DNA of 62,759 bases from Neisseriaceae bacterium (lineage in GTDB: Bacteria; Pseudomonadota; Gammaproteobacteria; Burkholderiales; UBA11063), in assembly GCA_003962895.1 (NCBI GenBank), contig RXKI01000004.1, positions 7,616-70,374 on the forward strand. Direction: 5' to 3'. Positions 52,175-62,759 of the stretch are shown piece after piece (position 1 is the first letter of the stretch; every line of letters begins with the position of its first letter). The notes beneath the pieces were generated by a model. The model saw only the letters and a list, made by a program, of their open reading frames with translations. It ran no database searches and was not told the origin of the DNA. The translations under genes were made by a program, and so were the position numbers.

Positions 52175-52429
52175 ATGAAATATGTAGTTAATTGTAAAAA
52201 ATCAAAATATGATATTTTCGTAGGTCGTCCTTCGATTTGGGGGAATCCTTACGTTATTGGCAAGGATGGAACTAGAGAAGAAGTAATTGCCAAATACAAA
52301 GAGTATTTGATGAAAGATGCTTTTCTTCTTTCTAGAATTAAAGAATTAAAAGGAAAGGTTTTGGGTTGCTATTGTAGTCCATTACCTTGTCACGCAGAAA
52401 TTTTAGCGGAAATTGCTAATGAAACTTAA
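52175..52429 (+). CDS. DUF4326 family protein
   Basis: YDIFVGRPSIWGNPY, LKGKVLGCYCSPLPCHAEIL. Confidence 0.85.
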   Translation: MKYVVNCKKSKYDIFVGRPSIWGNPYVIGKDGTREEVIAKYKEYLMKDAFLLSRIKELKGKVLGCYCSPLPCHAEILAEIANET

Positions 52430-53336
52430 AATATATGATATTAGACCTAACGAAGGAGTTTCTGTAGCTGAAATTTTTGGTGTCATTAAAGAAAAATTAT
52501 CTTTAAGTGACGATGAATTTAACACATTTTATGGAGATTGTATTAAATATATTTCTGAATCTCCTCATTATGAATTTAAAGTATTTTTTCCTGAAAATTG
52601 TATAGAAGAGCTTAAAAAAATTGCAACTGTTTTTGAATGGGATAAATCATGAGATCAGACGCAGAAATTTTAGCAATTGTTTGTAGAATTGTTTCCTCTA
52701 GAACAATAGGAAATCCAGTTGTAGTAGCCGAAACACAATTTTCTGATTTAAAATGGTTTTATAAGCCTCAAGAGCATTTTTCAGTAGAAATGAATAAAGT
52801 TTCTGAGATTAGATTAAAAAGAAGATCAACAGTAAACAATTTAATGTGGGACGTTATCCCTGAATTTTCTGATGATTTAAATCACCTTTGGATTTATCCT
52901 GATTATTTTAATTGGAGAACGACTTATAAAAAGATTAAAACAATCTCAGATATGTGTGAATTAATTAAAGATGGTTATGAGCGTGCGAAAAAAAATTCTG
53001 AGGAAGAAAATCTTAGAAAAAACAAAAAAGAAGCTCTTTCTCAAAAGTTAAAAAATGTAAATTTGCTTGATATTGGAGATATTTTACATTCTCATCCAAG
53101 TTGGGAAGAAGTTCAAAAATTCTTCTTAGAGGGAGAATTTGGGGATGAACCTTATCTTATAAAGGCTATTAAAATTCATTTACTTACGGAAAATCAAAAG
53201 AAAATTTTGGTTAAGCACGACATTACTATTGAGGATGCTTTGAACGGTAGGAATGGAGGAAAATCTGTTGCTGCCGTTTACAAGATTTTTAACGAATGGA
53301 ATGAAAAATTAGGTTTTCATGATTTTGGTAGTTAAC

Positions 53337-53714
53337 TTACTTAAAGTAGTCAGCAGCATCAGGGCTTGTGATTGAACTGCTTTCTATATCTTTATCGTAG
53401 TTTCCGTCTTGTGTATCTTGTATTTGTCCTTGGACAAAAGTTCTGCTTTGTCCGCTTTTCATTCCTTGAGTTTTTCTTTGCAATTCTGCTCTTTGTCTTG
53501 CAATTTCCATTTTTTTATATTGCCAAGCATTCATTGGTTTTGCTTGTTGTGTGACGTTTTGTTGGGGTTCTGATTGCTGGTTTTGTTGTCCTTGCATTCT
53601 TCCTAAACCCATACCTGCCCCGAGCAATGCACCGCCTACGGCGAGATTTTTCATCCATCCTTCTTCGATAGCTTCGGGTTGAGTTTCTAACCATTCTTTA
53701 AAATTAATTTTCAT
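53337..53714 (-). CDS. Putative internal head protein (FKEWLE N-terminus)
   Basis: MKINFKEWLE..EAIEEG, hydrophobic Gly/Ala stretch, Gln-rich. Confidence 0.55.
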   Translation of the reverse strand: MKINFKEWLETQPEAIEEGWMKNLAVGGALLGAGMGLGRMQGQQNQQSEPQQNVTQQAKPMNAWQYKKMEIARQRAELQRKTQGMKSGQSRTFVQGQIQDTQDGNYDKDIESSSITSPDAADYFK

Positions 53715-53720
53715 AGTAAT

Positions 53721-54497
53721 TTATTTAGCATTTGATGGTGAAATAAAATAATTTTCATCGTATTTTCCTTGTGAATTATTTTTATCTATTATTTTTAAAA
53801 TAATTCTATCTTTTTCAAAGATTATGTTGTTAGATTTTGCATACAATCTTTTTCCTAGATCAAAATCTGTTAAGTCGAGAAATGTTTTCAATTCCTCTGT
53901 AGACACGTTCCCTGATGCATCTTTGTCTAAAAAGGTGCTTTTTTTTGCAAGAGCCATAAACATTTGTCTCATATGTCTGCCTTGTTGTCCAACAGGGCTT
54001 GGCTCATGTGCAAAAGAACTTGAAACAACGCTGAACAAAGATTGTTGTTTGGCTGTTAAACTTGAAACTTTTGGCAAATATGCTTGAGCATAGCAAGACA
54101 ATTGCCACCATATAATCTTTTGATTGTATTTCTCAGATGCTTTTGTTATTACACTCATTACAGTGCTTCTTTGCCCTAAATTTTGCAATTGTCCTGATTC
54201 AAATCCATGACCAATTGTAAAAATTATCAAGGTGTCTTTTGGTTTTGAATTTGTTTTTATTTTATTCTCTATTGCACTTTTAAAATCACTTATATTAAGT
54301 GTAAATTTGTTCTCTATTAAAGTTGCATTGAGTCCATTTCTTTTGGATTCGTTGAGACCTGCAATTGCAAGGTTAGCATCGTCGTTGCACATTTGTTCGT
54401 AAGAATGTTTCAAAATCATTAATCTTACTGAGTAGTCATTTGCAACAATTTGTGTATTGAATAATAATAGAGATAGCACTAACATCATGTAACGCAT
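53721..54497 (-). CDS. Secreted caspase/legumain-clan (CD) peptidase-like protein
   Basis: Signal peptide, IIFTIGHG and QLSCYA (His-Cys dyad), EF-hand-like DKDASGNVSTEEL; GGAGG RBS. Confidence 0.65.
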   Translation of the reverse strand: MRYMMLVLSLLLFNTQIVANDYSVRLMILKHSYEQMCNDDANLAIAGLNESKRNGLNATLIENKFTLNISDFKSAIENKIKTNSKPKDTLIIFTIGHGFESGQLQNLGQRSTVMSVITKASEKYNQKIIWWQLSCYAQAYLPKVSSLTAKQQSLFSVVSSSFAHEPSPVGQQGRHMRQMFMALAKKSTFLDKDASGNVSTEELKTFLDLTDFDLGKRLYAKSNNIIFEKDRIILKIIDKNNSQGKYDENYFISPSNAK

Positions 54498-54599
54498 ATT
54501 TCCTCCTTGAAATCTCTCTATCTTATATAGATGTAGTTTATTATTTATTTCTTGAAAGTATAATCAAGGTTGTTTTTTGATGCCTTTGGAACTTGTTAA

Positions 54600-55034
54600 A
54601 TGTATTGTTTATTAATCGCAATTAAAACAAACGCTGGTTACGTCAACAGGCATTGGAGAAAGAATGGAGTATGGCATAGAGGAAAAGATTTGCCTGCTAA
54701 AATTTATGGAAATGGAGATAAGGCTTGGTTGTTTAAAGGTAGGATTCATAGAGATAATGATCTTCCCGCTATTCAACATGTTAATGGATATAAAGCCTTT
54801 TTTTTAAAGGGAAAACAATATTTGTATCGTAAACAAGAGAATGGTACAAAAGAATATTATGACATTCATGGAAGATTGCATAAGAAAAACTCACCTGCTA
54901 TTATTTATTCTAATGGGGACAAGGAATATTGGATTGATGGAATGAGACATAGAGCAAATGGTCCTGCTGTAATTTTAGGAAAAAAGAAATATTATTTCAA
55001 AAAAGGCGAGTTCATTAAATGTATAGTAAAATAA
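54600..55034 (+). CDS. HR-x-x-x-PA beta-repeat protein
   Basis: HRGKDLPA, HRDNDLPA, HRANGPA. Confidence 0.75.
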   Translation: MYCLLIAIKTNAGYVNRHWRKNGVWHRGKDLPAKIYGNGDKAWLFKGRIHRDNDLPAIQHVNGYKAFFLKGKQYLYRKQENGTKEYYDIHGRLHKKNSPAIIYSNGDKEYWIDGMRHRANGPAVILGKKKYYFKKGEFIKCIVK

Positions 55035-56269
55035 TTAAGTTTGAAAAAATGTACAACTGTTGCATTTTGGTCAATTCTTCTTTTTATAAAGATAAAAATC
55101 CATATAGAGGAAATGACCTTCCTTTTTGTAAGGTTTTTTTATATGAAAAAGGGAATTTTATTTTAAAATCACAACTTTGGTGTTTAAATGGACACATTGA
55201 CAGAGAAGGCGATAAGCCTGCAAGAGTCGATGTAGATCGTTCAGTATGGTATCGTTTTGGCAAAATTCACCGAGATAATGATTTCCCTGCCGTTGTTCAC
55301 ACAAATGGATCAAAAGAGTGGTTTTATCATGGATTGAGACATAGAGAAGGTGATCTCCCCGCAGCAGAGCTAAAAGCACCTCATGTTGGTGTAACTACGA
55401 CAGATGTTTTACAATCTCGTATTACTAATTCTCAATTAATTACTAAAATTTGGTTTCTTTACGGAAAACAACACAGAGGTAATGACCTTCCTGCTTTTGT
55501 TGGTAGAGATGGGAGCCAAGAGTGGTGGGTCTATGGTCAAAAACATAGAGAACATGATTTACCTGCTGTAATTGAAAAAGACTATACAGCATGGTGGGTT
55601 AACGGAAAAAGACATCGAAAAAACGGACCAGCAGAAATCTCTATTTATGGCAATTTTATCTCTTGTGATTATTCTGAAATTTGGTTTAAGAATAATCACT
55701 ATTCTAGAGATGACGGTCCTGCTAAATTATCTATTAAAAAAATGTTTGGGATTCCAATTTCTGCTTGCAAAGAATTTATTTCTTGCAAAAAAGTCAATAG
55801 TTTAAAAACTGAGTATTGTTTGGTGAAAAATTCTATTCTTGGTTTTATTGGTTCTGAGAGTTATCACAAAGATGGATTGATGCATAGAGATAACAATCTA
55901 CCTGCTGCTAAATTTAAATTATTTGGAATCACTATTTTTAGAGAATTTTTTGAAAACGATAAAAAATTTACTTTTAAACGAATCAAAAATGAGTTTTTTA
56001 AATTCTTTAAAAAAACTAATGAACTTTTATTGCATAGCTATGAAGATCGTCCATCTAGAACTTATTCGAATGGTACTAAAGAATGGCATTGGGACAATGA
56101 ATTTCATCGTGAATGTGACCAGCCCGCAGTTGTTTATCCAAATGGAGATAAAGAATGGTGGTATCATGGAAAAAGACATAGAGAATATGGACCTGCTTTA
56201 ATTATCGGGAACAAACAATATTGGTATAAAAATGGAGAATTTGAAAGATTTTACGAAGTCAAAAATTAG
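55019..56269 (+). CDS. Long HR-x-x-x-PA beta-repeat protein
   Basis: More than ten repeats of HR(D/E)xD(L/G)PA. Confidence 0.78.
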   Translation: MYSKIIKFEKMYNCCILVNSSFYKDKNPYRGNDLPFCKVFLYEKGNFILKSQLWCLNGHIDREGDKPARVDVDRSVWYRFGKIHRDNDFPAVVHTNGSKEWFYHGLRHREGDLPAAELKAPHVGVTTTDVLQSRITNSQLITKIWFLYGKQHRGNDLPAFVGRDGSQEWWVYGQKHREHDLPAVIEKDYTAWWVNGKRHRKNGPAEISIYGNFISCDYSEIWFKNNHYSRDDGPAKLSIKKMFGIPISACKEFISCKKVNSLKTEYCLVKNSILGFIGSESYHKDGLMHRDNNLPAAKFKLFGITIFREFFENDKKFTFKRIKNEFFKFFKKTNELLLHSYEDRPSRTYSNGTKEWHWDNEFHRECDQPAVVYPNGDKEWWYHGKRHREYGPALIIGNKQYWYKNGEFERFYEVKN

Positions 56270-57531
56270 CTTTATTTTTTTGATTTTGAATTGTATAATG
56301 TAGGTATCATGAAAAGATTTGTCTTGTTTGCTGTTTTTCTACTTGTTTTTTCTTCGATACTTTTTTTATTCGATCAAAGACAAGAAAATGTTTCAAATTT
56401 CAAGAAGATTCAAAACACTCCATCTCAAAAAGAGATTTTTGTTAGCTTCAATTCTATTTTAGATCAACCTTTGGAAATTGTAAATAGTCAAGAAATAGAA
56501 AAGGTGCAAGACGAAGATTTAAAGAATTTTATATCAAGTAAAGTTGATTTTGAAAAACAAAAAGTCTTATATTTTGAATGGGTCGGAAATCCAAACGATT
56601 ATCTTGTTGCATCTTTAGTTTGTTCTTTAGATGAAAATAACAATAAGTATTTAATTTCTATTAAGAAAGACAAGTTGCCATCTGGAGAAAAGGTTTCTCA
56701 CAAGCAGATTTTTATAGTTTCCACGAAATATCCTTATCAAATTGATTCGAGGTGATTTTTTAATGAATGAAATTAGAGATGGTCCTATTTAGAAAAATAT
56801 ATAATAGGACATGACCTTAGCTATCTCAAAACACAATGCCTAATAAATTTATTACCTTAATTGCATGGAAGCTAAAAGGCATGTGCGTCAAGGAAATTTT
56901 CTCTAGGTCCGAAGAGAAGACGTTTCTTTGCTGGCAACCTGCTTCGAGCAGAGATCAGATAAAAGATGAGAGTGTCTGGCAAGATATGGCTCTGCCACGA
57001 ATGGGGATTTGTTTAAAAAAATAAAAACAAATGAGACCATAGTTAGCTGTAATTTTTTGGAGTTCAAAATGCCTTGCGACGGTTCCTACATGAATCCTTC
57101 TCAGAGGGAAACAGATAGTTTATTTATTTGTAAAAGAATTGTATTTCTTTTTAAGAAATTAAATTTTCCAATTCCAAAAAGAATTGTAGAAGCGGCGGAT
57201 TCTTTATATGGGGATGTTGAAAACCTTGATGAAAATGTAGCTATTTTGTGTGGTGTTATAAGACAAATGAAAAAAGAGCAAGTTGATTCTATAATTTATA
57301 ATGCAAGAAGCAAAGAATCTAGAGATTTGGCAAATTGGTGGGAAGAACACCAAGAAGCAGATTCAAAGAGAAAAAATGGAAAGCAAACCGTAGAGGAAAA
57401 AGAAACTTTTTCAAAACTGTTTTCTATTCTTTCTAAATTGTCGCAAGAAGAATTTGATATTTTGAGTTCTTTTAAATAAATTTGCGGTTCACTCTTGATA
57501 AATAAACTAATCAAACTATGATTAATTTCAT

Positions 57532-57621
57532 CGAGGTGAACCCAAACGGTGCGGGACCAGGTTTATGCCCTGTTTAGGCGAAGATTTCGCCGTTTAGAAG
57601 GTTCGACTCCTTCCACCTCGA
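57532..57621 (+). tRNA. tRNA with TAT anticodon (Ile) and long variable arm
   Basis: cgaggtg/cacctcg, A73, loop TTTATGC, variable arm ggcgaa-gat-ttcgcc, T arm gaagg-ttcgact-ccttc. Confidence 0.75.
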
Positions 57622-58007
57622 CTTAAGAGAAAAAAATGACTTCCTACGAACACGACCCAATGTATTTGTTGAAATTAAAAAATATTCAAAGCTGCATTAA
57701 TTCTGCAAGTGAATTTATAGATCAGATTATAAAATATCCCGAAGTTAACATTGATCCTAAATTTTCAAATTTAAGAAGTCTTTTGCAAGATGCTAATTTA
57801 TTGGTGGATAATTTTTCTGCTAATTTAGATAAAAACAAATCTAATTTACCACTTGCAGAAGATTCTAAATTTTTAGGAATAGATGATAAAAAAGGAAGCT
57901 GCTGGTGCCCAAATTGTGGAGATTCAGTGCTTTTAAATTCTGTTGATGATAAACATCGTTGTTGGAATTGTGGCTGTCAATTCAAGATTTTTTAAATTGG
58001 ATTTTTT

Positions 58008-60509
58008 GTGAACAGTTATAAAGACACCGTTTTTTTGCCATCTACTAAGATGCCGATCAACGCAAATCTTGTTCAAAATGAACAAAAAATTTATAAAGAG
58101 TGGGAAGAAAATCATGTTTATAAAAGAATGAAAAGGGATGGAAAAAATCCTTTTGTTCTTCATGATGGTCCTCCTTATGCTAATGGGGACATTCATATTG
58201 GTCATGCTTTAAATAAAATCTTAAAAGATTTTGTGGTAAAGTTTAATTATTTTTCTGGACGTTCAGTTGAATTTGTTCCTGGGTGGGATTGTCATGGACT
58301 TCCAATTGAACAAAAGATTCTTTCTTCTAAAGTTAAATTAAATCCTGAAGAATTTTCTGCTGCTTGTCGAGAATACGCAAGCGGTCAAATTAATCTGCAA
58401 AAATCACAATTTAAATCATTGGGTATTATCGCAGATTGGGAAAATAATTATGAAACAATGTCTCCTTTTTACGAGAAAATGATTTCAGACAATCTTCAAA
58501 AATTATTTGAAGATAAATTTATTTTCAAGAGAAAGAAGCCAGTTTTTTGGTCTTGGGCTTTTCAAACTGCTTTGGCTGAGGCTGAGGTTGAATATAAAGA
58601 AAAAACTGATGAATCTTTATACCTTGTATTTCGTTCTAGTATTGGCAATGTTTTAGTTTGGACTACAACGCCTTGGACATTACCAGCTAATGTTGCAATT
58701 GCTATGAATCCAAATTTAAAATATTGTTTAGCAACATTGAAAAATCCTCACAACAGCGAGTCGGCTTGTTGGATTGCAGAAGATTGTTTTGAAGAGTTGA
58801 AAAGAAAGGGAATTGTTGATGACATTTTCTTAGAATCTTTTTCATATGAGCATTTTAAAAACGAACATTCCCAACATCCAATTTATTTAGATCAACAAGT
58901 TCCTTTTGTTGCGGCTGATTTTGTAACAGCGGATAAAGGAACTGGATTTGTTCATATTGCTCCTGGACATGGAGAAGAAGATTACCTTGTTGCTTTAAAA
59001 AATAATCTTCCTATTGTAGTTCCTGTTGGTCCTGATGGTTTCTTCATAGAAGGAAAATATAAAGGAATTCATATTTTTGAAAAAGGAAGTTTTGTTTCTA
59101 ACCCTAAAATTATTGAAGATTTGAAAGAAACTGGAAACTTTGTTTGTTCTGAAACGATTAATCACAGTTATCCGTATTGCAGCAGGTCTAATACTCCGCT
59201 TATTTTCAGGGCAACGGAGCAGTGGTTTTTAGATTTAGATAAGATTAGAAATTCTTTTGATTTGAGTAAAGAATTAGATAAAGTTGAATTTTACCCTGAA
59301 AATTCCAAAAATAGACTTTTGTCTATGGTCCAAAACAGACCAGACTGGTGTATCTCTCGTCAGAGGCTCTGGGGAGTTCCTTTGTTTGACAATGGGGTTT
59401 TGGACGTTTGGTTTGATTCAGGGCTTTCTTGGGGCATTTTAAGCAATCAGGCAGACCTTTACTTCGAAGGAAACGACCAACATAGAGGTTGGTTTCAGTC
59501 TAGTTTTTGGCTTTCTTTAGCCTTGCAGGGAAAATTGCCATATAAAAAGGTTTTCACTCATGGATTTGTAGTTGATGGGAATAGAGAGAAAATGTCAAAA
59601 TCAAAGGGGAATGTTGTTTCTCCTTTGAATGTTTTGAAAAAATATGGTGCGGAAATTTTAAGATATTGGGTAGCAAGTACAGATTATACAAAAGATGTAC
59701 AAGTTAGTGATGAAATTTTAAAAAGAGCATCAGATGGCTATAAGAAGTTAAGAAATACATTGAGATTTCTAGTTTCTAATATGCCAAATGAAAAATTGGA
59801 TTTCAAAGGTCAATTGTTTCCTGCCGACGTTTGGATTTTAAATAAATCTAAAGAAGTTTTAGACTTTGTTTATGATTCTTTCTCTAAGCAGCTTTATTTT
59901 TCTGGAATTCAAAAATTGTCGGAGTATATCAATTCTGATTTAAGTGGAATTTATATTTCTTCTTGCAAAGATAGGCTTTATTGTTCTTCTGGAGAGCATA
60001 GAGAAAGTGCTGTTTTTGTTTTAAGTAAAATTTTAGAGTCGATTGTAACTTTGATCGCACCTCTTTTTACCTATACTGCTCAAGAAGTTTTTGGATACCT
60101 ACCAGAATGGATGAAAGAAGGAAAGAAAGATATTTTTGATTTAGTTTATGTTCCACTTTCTTCTGTGGAAGTTAAATTTGATCTCAATGTTTGGAAAAAA
60201 ATCTTGTCTGATTTTCATCTTGAATTTGACAAGTTGAAAACAACTTCTGAAATTAAAGAAACATTAGAGGTTCAACTTGAATTTGAAAAAGAGGAAGATA
60301 TTTTTGAATTTTCTTCTGATTGGTTCGGCGTTTCTAGAACAATAGCTTTTTCTGAAAAAGATTTTCTTTGTGAATTTTCTTCAGAGGGTAGAAAATTTAA
60401 AATTGTTAAATCTTCTTTGAAAAAATGCGAAAGATGTTGGAAAAGAAACGCAGAAAATGTATTATGTCAAAGGTGTGAATTTTTAACACAAATTAAGGAA
60501 AAAGAATGA
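58008..60509 (+). CDS. ileS: Isoleucyl-tRNA synthetase (type 1, compact)
   Basis: HDGPPYANGDIHIGH, GWDCHGLPIE, WTTTPWTLP, GTGFVHIAPGHG, WCISRQR, KMSKS, C-terminal Zn finger. Confidence 0.96.
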   Translation: MNSYKDTVFLPSTKMPINANLVQNEQKIYKEWEENHVYKRMKRDGKNPFVLHDGPPYANGDIHIGHALNKILKDFVVKFNYFSGRSVEFVPGWDCHGLPIEQKILSSKVKLNPEEFSAACREYASGQINLQKSQFKSLGIIADWENNYETMSPFYEKMISDNLQKLFEDKFIFKRKKPVFWSWAFQTALAEAEVEYKEKTDESLYLVFRSSIGNVLVWTTTPWTLPANVAIAMNPNLKYCLATLKNPHNSESACWIAEDCFEELKRKGIVDDIFLESFSYEHFKNEHSQHPIYLDQQVPFVAADFVTADKGTGFVHIAPGHGEEDYLVALKNNLPIVVPVGPDGFFIEGKYKGIHIFEKGSFVSNPKIIEDLKETGNFVCSETINHSYPYCSRSNTPLIFRATEQWFLDLDKIRNSFDLSKELDKVEFYPENSKNRLLSMVQNRPDWCISRQRLWGVPLFDNGVLDVWFDSGLSWGILSNQADLYFEGNDQHRGWFQSSFWLSLALQGKLPYKKVFTHGFVVDGNREKMSKSKGNVVSPLNVLKKYGAEILRYWVASTDYTKDVQVSDEILKRASDGYKKLRNTLRFLVSNMPNEKLDFKGQLFPADVWILNKSKEVLDFVYDSFSKQLYFSGIQKLSEYINSDLSGIYISSCKDRLYCSSGEHRESAVFVLSKILESIVTLIAPLFTYTAQEVFGYLPEWMKEGKKDIFDLVYVPLSSVEVKFDLNVWKKILSDFHLEFDKLKTTSEIKETLEVQLEFEKEEDIFEFSSDWFGVSRTIAFSEKDFLCEFSSEGRKFKIVKSSLKKCERCWKRNAENVLCQRCEFLTQIKEKE

Positions 60510-61750
60510 GCGTCAATCACGGCATTTCAAATTCTGGTTTTTCTGTATTTCATTACAAATTAAAAGATGCTCCCACTTGTCAAACTCAAATTTTCGTGAG
60601 AGCAGGTTCGGCTCACGAAGATGATGATTCTTGGGGAGTTGCTCACTTTTTAGAACATCTTTGTTTTCAAGGAACTCCTACAAAAGACAAGCATCAAATG
60701 AGTCGTGAAATGTCATTGGCTGGGAATGCCAATGCATACACAAATAATTTTGTTACTTCTTATTACATTGAAACTTTAAAAGAAGATATTGAAACTGGTT
60801 TTTCTTTAATTAAAGAAGCTGTGTTTGACTCTTGTTTCCCAGAGAAAGAATTTGAAAAAGAGAAAAATGTAATTATTGAAGAATGGAGAATGTATGACAA
60901 CTATCCATCTGAATATTTTCATGATAAAGTCATGACAAATTCATTTGGCGAAAAGGATATGCACGCAATCATTGGGACGGAAGATTCCATCCGTCAAATG
61001 AATCCTGAGAAACTGCACAGATTCAGAAACAAATGGTACGGCAAAAACAATATGTCTATTGTCTTTGTTGGAGATTTAGAATTTGAAGAAGCTATGGAGA
61101 TAGCTAACAAACATTTGCCAGAGTATTCCTCTTCAGAGGAATCTTTTTCTTGTTTAAATGAATTTTTACCAAAGCAAGAAAAGTTCTTGTTTGAAACAGA
61201 CAGATTCGAGCAGTCTGCTTATGGTGTTATTACGAAATGGCCTTCTTCTAAAGAAAATCATCAAAATAATTTAATTGGAAACTTTTTTTCTTTTTGTCTT
61301 TCAAATTACATGTATGAATATATTCGAGATGATTTAGGTTTGTGTTATGGAGTCTCCTCCAGTAAAATCAAGCATTTGGACAATAGTTATAATTTAATTT
61401 CTATGCTTACAAGAAATGATTATCTTGAAAAAGCAGAGAAAGAGTTAGAGAAGTTATTTCAAAAAATTAAAGAAGAGGGTTTCCCTAAACAAATATTTGA
61501 AATTTCCAAAAAGAAGATTTTGTTTTCTCAAATGAAAACATTGGCTGATGTAGGAAGTATTTGTTATGCAATTATAGCAGGATGTTTTACAGACAAGGAC
61601 GGTAGTTGGTTTTTAGAAAAAGGTCAATCAACACTCGACCCAGGTTGGGTTAAAAAATCTGCTGAGATGTTAACTGAGGATGCTTTGAAAAAGTTTGCAA
61701 ACGAACAATTGAATGACTTCACCAAGTTTTCTATGTTTTCTAAAAAGTGA
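60506..61750 (+). CDS. M16 (pitrilysin/insulinase family) zinc peptidase
   Basis: GVAHFLEH inverted zinc motif, NAYT, EKNVIIEE, YIRDDLGLCYGV. Confidence 0.88.
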   Translation: MSVNHGISNSGFSVFHYKLKDAPTCQTQIFVRAGSAHEDDDSWGVAHFLEHLCFQGTPTKDKHQMSREMSLAGNANAYTNNFVTSYYIETLKEDIETGFSLIKEAVFDSCFPEKEFEKEKNVIIEEWRMYDNYPSEYFHDKVMTNSFGEKDMHAIIGTEDSIRQMNPEKLHRFRNKWYGKNNMSIVFVGDLEFEEAMEIANKHLPEYSSSEESFSCLNEFLPKQEKFLFETDRFEQSAYGVITKWPSSKENHQNNLIGNFFSFCLSNYMYEYIRDDLGLCYGVSSSKIKHLDNSYNLISMLTRNDYLEKAEKELEKLFQKIKEEGFPKQIFEISKKKILFSQMKTLADVGSICYAIIAGCFTDKDGSWFLEKGQSTLDPGWVKKSAEMLTEDALKKFANEQLNDFTKFSMFSKK

Positions 61751-62759
61751 TTTACAATTTCTATTCTTCAAAGTATAATCATACTGACTTTTGATCTTAT
61801 TTTTTAGGATGAAAAAATGAAAAATCAGCAAGTTCTTGTGAAAGCTATTATCAATGATGTCCAATTGAAGAAATTGGTTGACGAGATGGTTGCTTATGCA
61901 AGAAAAAACTACATCACTTATGAACAGTTTGTAAAAATCAGAGATACAGTCGCCGATCAAGGAGAGGGTATCTCTGATGGTTTTTTAAATGTCTTCCCTA
62001 TGTCAGAAATTGAAGAGAAGGACATTCCTCTTAAAGAAAATTCTCATTTGATTTCTCTCGGTTGCGTCCTTAAACCAACCGTCCAGATTTTGCGTCCTCT
62101 TCAGGTTACTTATGTAGAGTTTTTGCATAGCAAAGAAGCAGAACACGAGACTGAAGAACAAGAAAAGTATGAAGATGGGAAAGAATATACTACTCAAGCA
62201 CAATTGACAATTTCTAGTATTAATGGAAAAGAACTCAATGCTGGTGATGTTTCACGATTGAAGTTTTTGTTTTTTGACAAGTCAAATGGAGAAGTAGATT
62301 GTCCTGCTTTGCTCCCTCCATTTGTAACCGCCTATACGCAGGAAATTAAAAATAAACCTAGAAAGTTTTGATTATGGACGGTATTGATTTGGGAAAAAGA
62401 TGGGAAGATGGAGTCCCTCATCATCCTTTAGCTAACAAGTTGGCAAGGATGATTGGCGAAATTGATTTTAAACATAACAGTGATTATTTAGGCTTAAGTT
62501 TTGGTGGCGATGGGGATAATGGAGAATCTCTGTGCTTTATTTTAAGTGAGATTTTTGAAAGAAATCTCATTCCTGAAATTAAAATTAATGAATAATAAAA
62601 TGAATGTTCATTATCTTTGTCGGGATTTTGACGATAGTCTTAAAACAATATTAGAATTAAAGCATATTCGTGGCGGTTCACTTTTTGTTCCTTTAAATAA
62701 TGGAGCATTTTTTTCAAATTATGAATTGTGTTATAAAATTCATTATAAAGACGGCAGTT

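Noticed and set aside
49789-56269. Diversity-generating retroelement acting on the repeat proteins
   Set aside because: No reverse transcriptase and no template/variable repeat pair differing only at adenines is visible in the window

Overview
AT-rich, gene-dense, mostly + strand segment of a huge (jumbo) tailed phage genome read in the standard code. Weak hints point to a Planctomycetota-like host. The window carries translation genes (IF-3, IleRS, a minimal TrpRS, about 23 tRNAs, an Rnl2-type RNA ligase), chaperones (GroES-like, DnaJ), dUTPase, an NAD-dependent DNA ligase, a PhoH with two inteins, tail-type proteins, a sigma factor and free-standing homing endonucleases. The main finding is a complete phage-encoded ubiquitin-like conjugation cassette: two E2-family-D-like proteins, a JAB peptidase, an E1/ThiF and a Ubl with a capped C-terminal Gly (26911-31206). 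Other highlights are a leader peptide with a terminator/antiterminator (candidate attenuator) gating the tRNA array, three long-variable-arm tRNAs with non-class-II anticodons, a Gly(ACC) tRNA, a recurring TGAACCA-N17-TCT promoter-like motif, and proteins with T4-like capsid-targeting N-termini. All family calls come from reading motifs by eye; no database searches were run.
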